A DNA stretch of 6,783 nt. Origin: Naegleria gruberi (lineage: Eukaryota). The stretch lies in the NCBI GenBank assembly GCA_000004985.1, contig GG739017.1. One strand, written 5' to 3'. This document shows, piece by piece, positions 6,182-6,783 of this stretch. The notes beneath the pieces are model-generated. The model searched no databases. It worked only from the letters and a program-made list of their open reading frames with translations, and was not told the origin of the DNA. The position numbers and the translations under genes are program-made. Position 1 is the first letter of the stretch; every line of letters starts with the position of its first letter.

Positions 6182-6783
6182 ATGGTTAATAATGATATTA
6201 CCGTAACTGTAGAAGATGACTACAAGCAAAAGAGCGGAAAGGCTAGATATGAACAAAAAGAAGTTAAGGAATTTGATGATATGAATCTTAAGGAAGATTT
6301 ACTCAGAGGAATTTACTCTTATGGTTTTGAAAAGCCATCAATTATCCAACAACGTGCCATCTTGCCAATCACTACTTCTGAACCACCAGCAGACGTTATT
6401 GGTCAAGCCCAATCTGGTACTGGTAAGACTGCTACTTTTACTATTTCATTGCTTCAAAGATTAAATATTTCTCCTGATGTTATCCAACCACAAGGACTTG
6501 TTTTGGCTCCAACAAGAGAATTGGCTCAACAAATCCACAAGGTCATCATGTCATTGGGTGAATATATGAAGGTTAAAGTACACGCTTGTGTTGGTGGTAC
6601 TAAAGTTCAACACGATATTGCCATTCTTGAAGAAGGTGTCCACATTATTGTTGGTACTCCTGGACGTGTTTTCCACATGATTCAAAGTGGTCACTTGAAC
6701 GTTAACAGCATTAAGATGTTAGTTATCGATGAAGCCGACGAAATGTTGAGCAGAGGTTCAAGGATCAAATTAGCCATCTTAAG
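6182..6783 (+). CDS. FAL1: DEAD-box ATP-dependent RNA helicase, eIF4A-III / Fal1-like (N-terminal ~200 aa; 3'-truncated by the window edge); apparent 1-nt deletion at 6755-6758
   Basis: Translation gives ...[33 protein letters not shown]... (Q-motif), [22 protein letters not shown] (Walker A / motif I at ~6401-6430), [13 protein letters not shown] (motif Ia), [19 protein letters not shown] (motif Ib) and [11 protein letters not shown] (DEAD / motif II at 6728-6739). LLRGIY(S/A)YGFEKPS, GTPGRVF and DEADEML match eIF4A-III/Fal1 rather than canonical eIF4A (VRGIFGYG). Strong yeast-optimal codon bias. It is not in the ORF track because it has no stop inside the window. Confidence 0.85.
   Translation, partial: MVNNDITVTVEDDYKQKSGKARYEQKEVKEFDDMNLKEDLLRGIYSYGFEKPSIIQQRAILPITTSEPPADVIGQAQSGTGKTATFTISLLQRLNISPDVIQPQGLVLAPTRELAQQIHKVIMSLGEYMKVKVHACVGGTKVQHDIAILEEGVHIIVGTPGRVFHMIQSGHLNVNSIKMLVIDEADEMLSRGSRIKLAIL

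Overview
This reads as nuclear DNA from a budding-yeast-like eukaryote. It is AT-rich (roughly one-third GC), genes are compact and apparently intron-less, and codon bias runs to GAA/CAA/AGA/TTG/GGT. A 411-nt N-run marks a draft scaffold.

Four gene models are supportable:
- The 3' end of a HAD-superfamily IIA hydrolase runs in from the left edge (+, 2..529).
- A DEAD-box helicase of the eIF4A-III/Fal1 type begins at 6182 and runs off the right edge (+, 6182..6783).
- The largest gene (-, 4661..2519) has a bacterial-type architecture: an N-terminal AAA-ATPase-like domain (hallmark YVDKT / RPxRxGKS) fused to a C-terminal PD-(D/E)XK-nuclease-like domain. It is preceded by an N/K/S/T-rich leader that contains no acidic residue. 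Its frame is broken once, at a T5 homopolymer (4084-4088).
- Hypothetical small ORFs sit between these genes: a Q/N-rich 71-aa ORF, and two mutually overlapping ORFs of 126 and 160 aa.

The helicase also appears to carry a 1-nt frameshift at 6755-6758. Both frame breaks sit in T runs, so they are probably draft-assembly artefacts rather than pseudogenisation.

The 1.5-kb divergent promoter region between the AAA-ATPase-like gene and the helicase contains a short motif (CCCA[A/G]CACACTTT) in two direct and one inverted copy. It also holds a separate 13-bp inverted repeat and the assembly gap.

No tRNA, rRNA, transposon or CRISPR-like structure could be supported. The ORF track treats GTG/TTG as starts (written as M), so several listed ORF starts are not true ATG starts.

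The most unusual object is the eukaryotic copy of the poorly characterised AAA-ATPase-like/PD-(D/E)XK family, with a possible organelle-targeting leader and a possibly degenerate nuclease motif.
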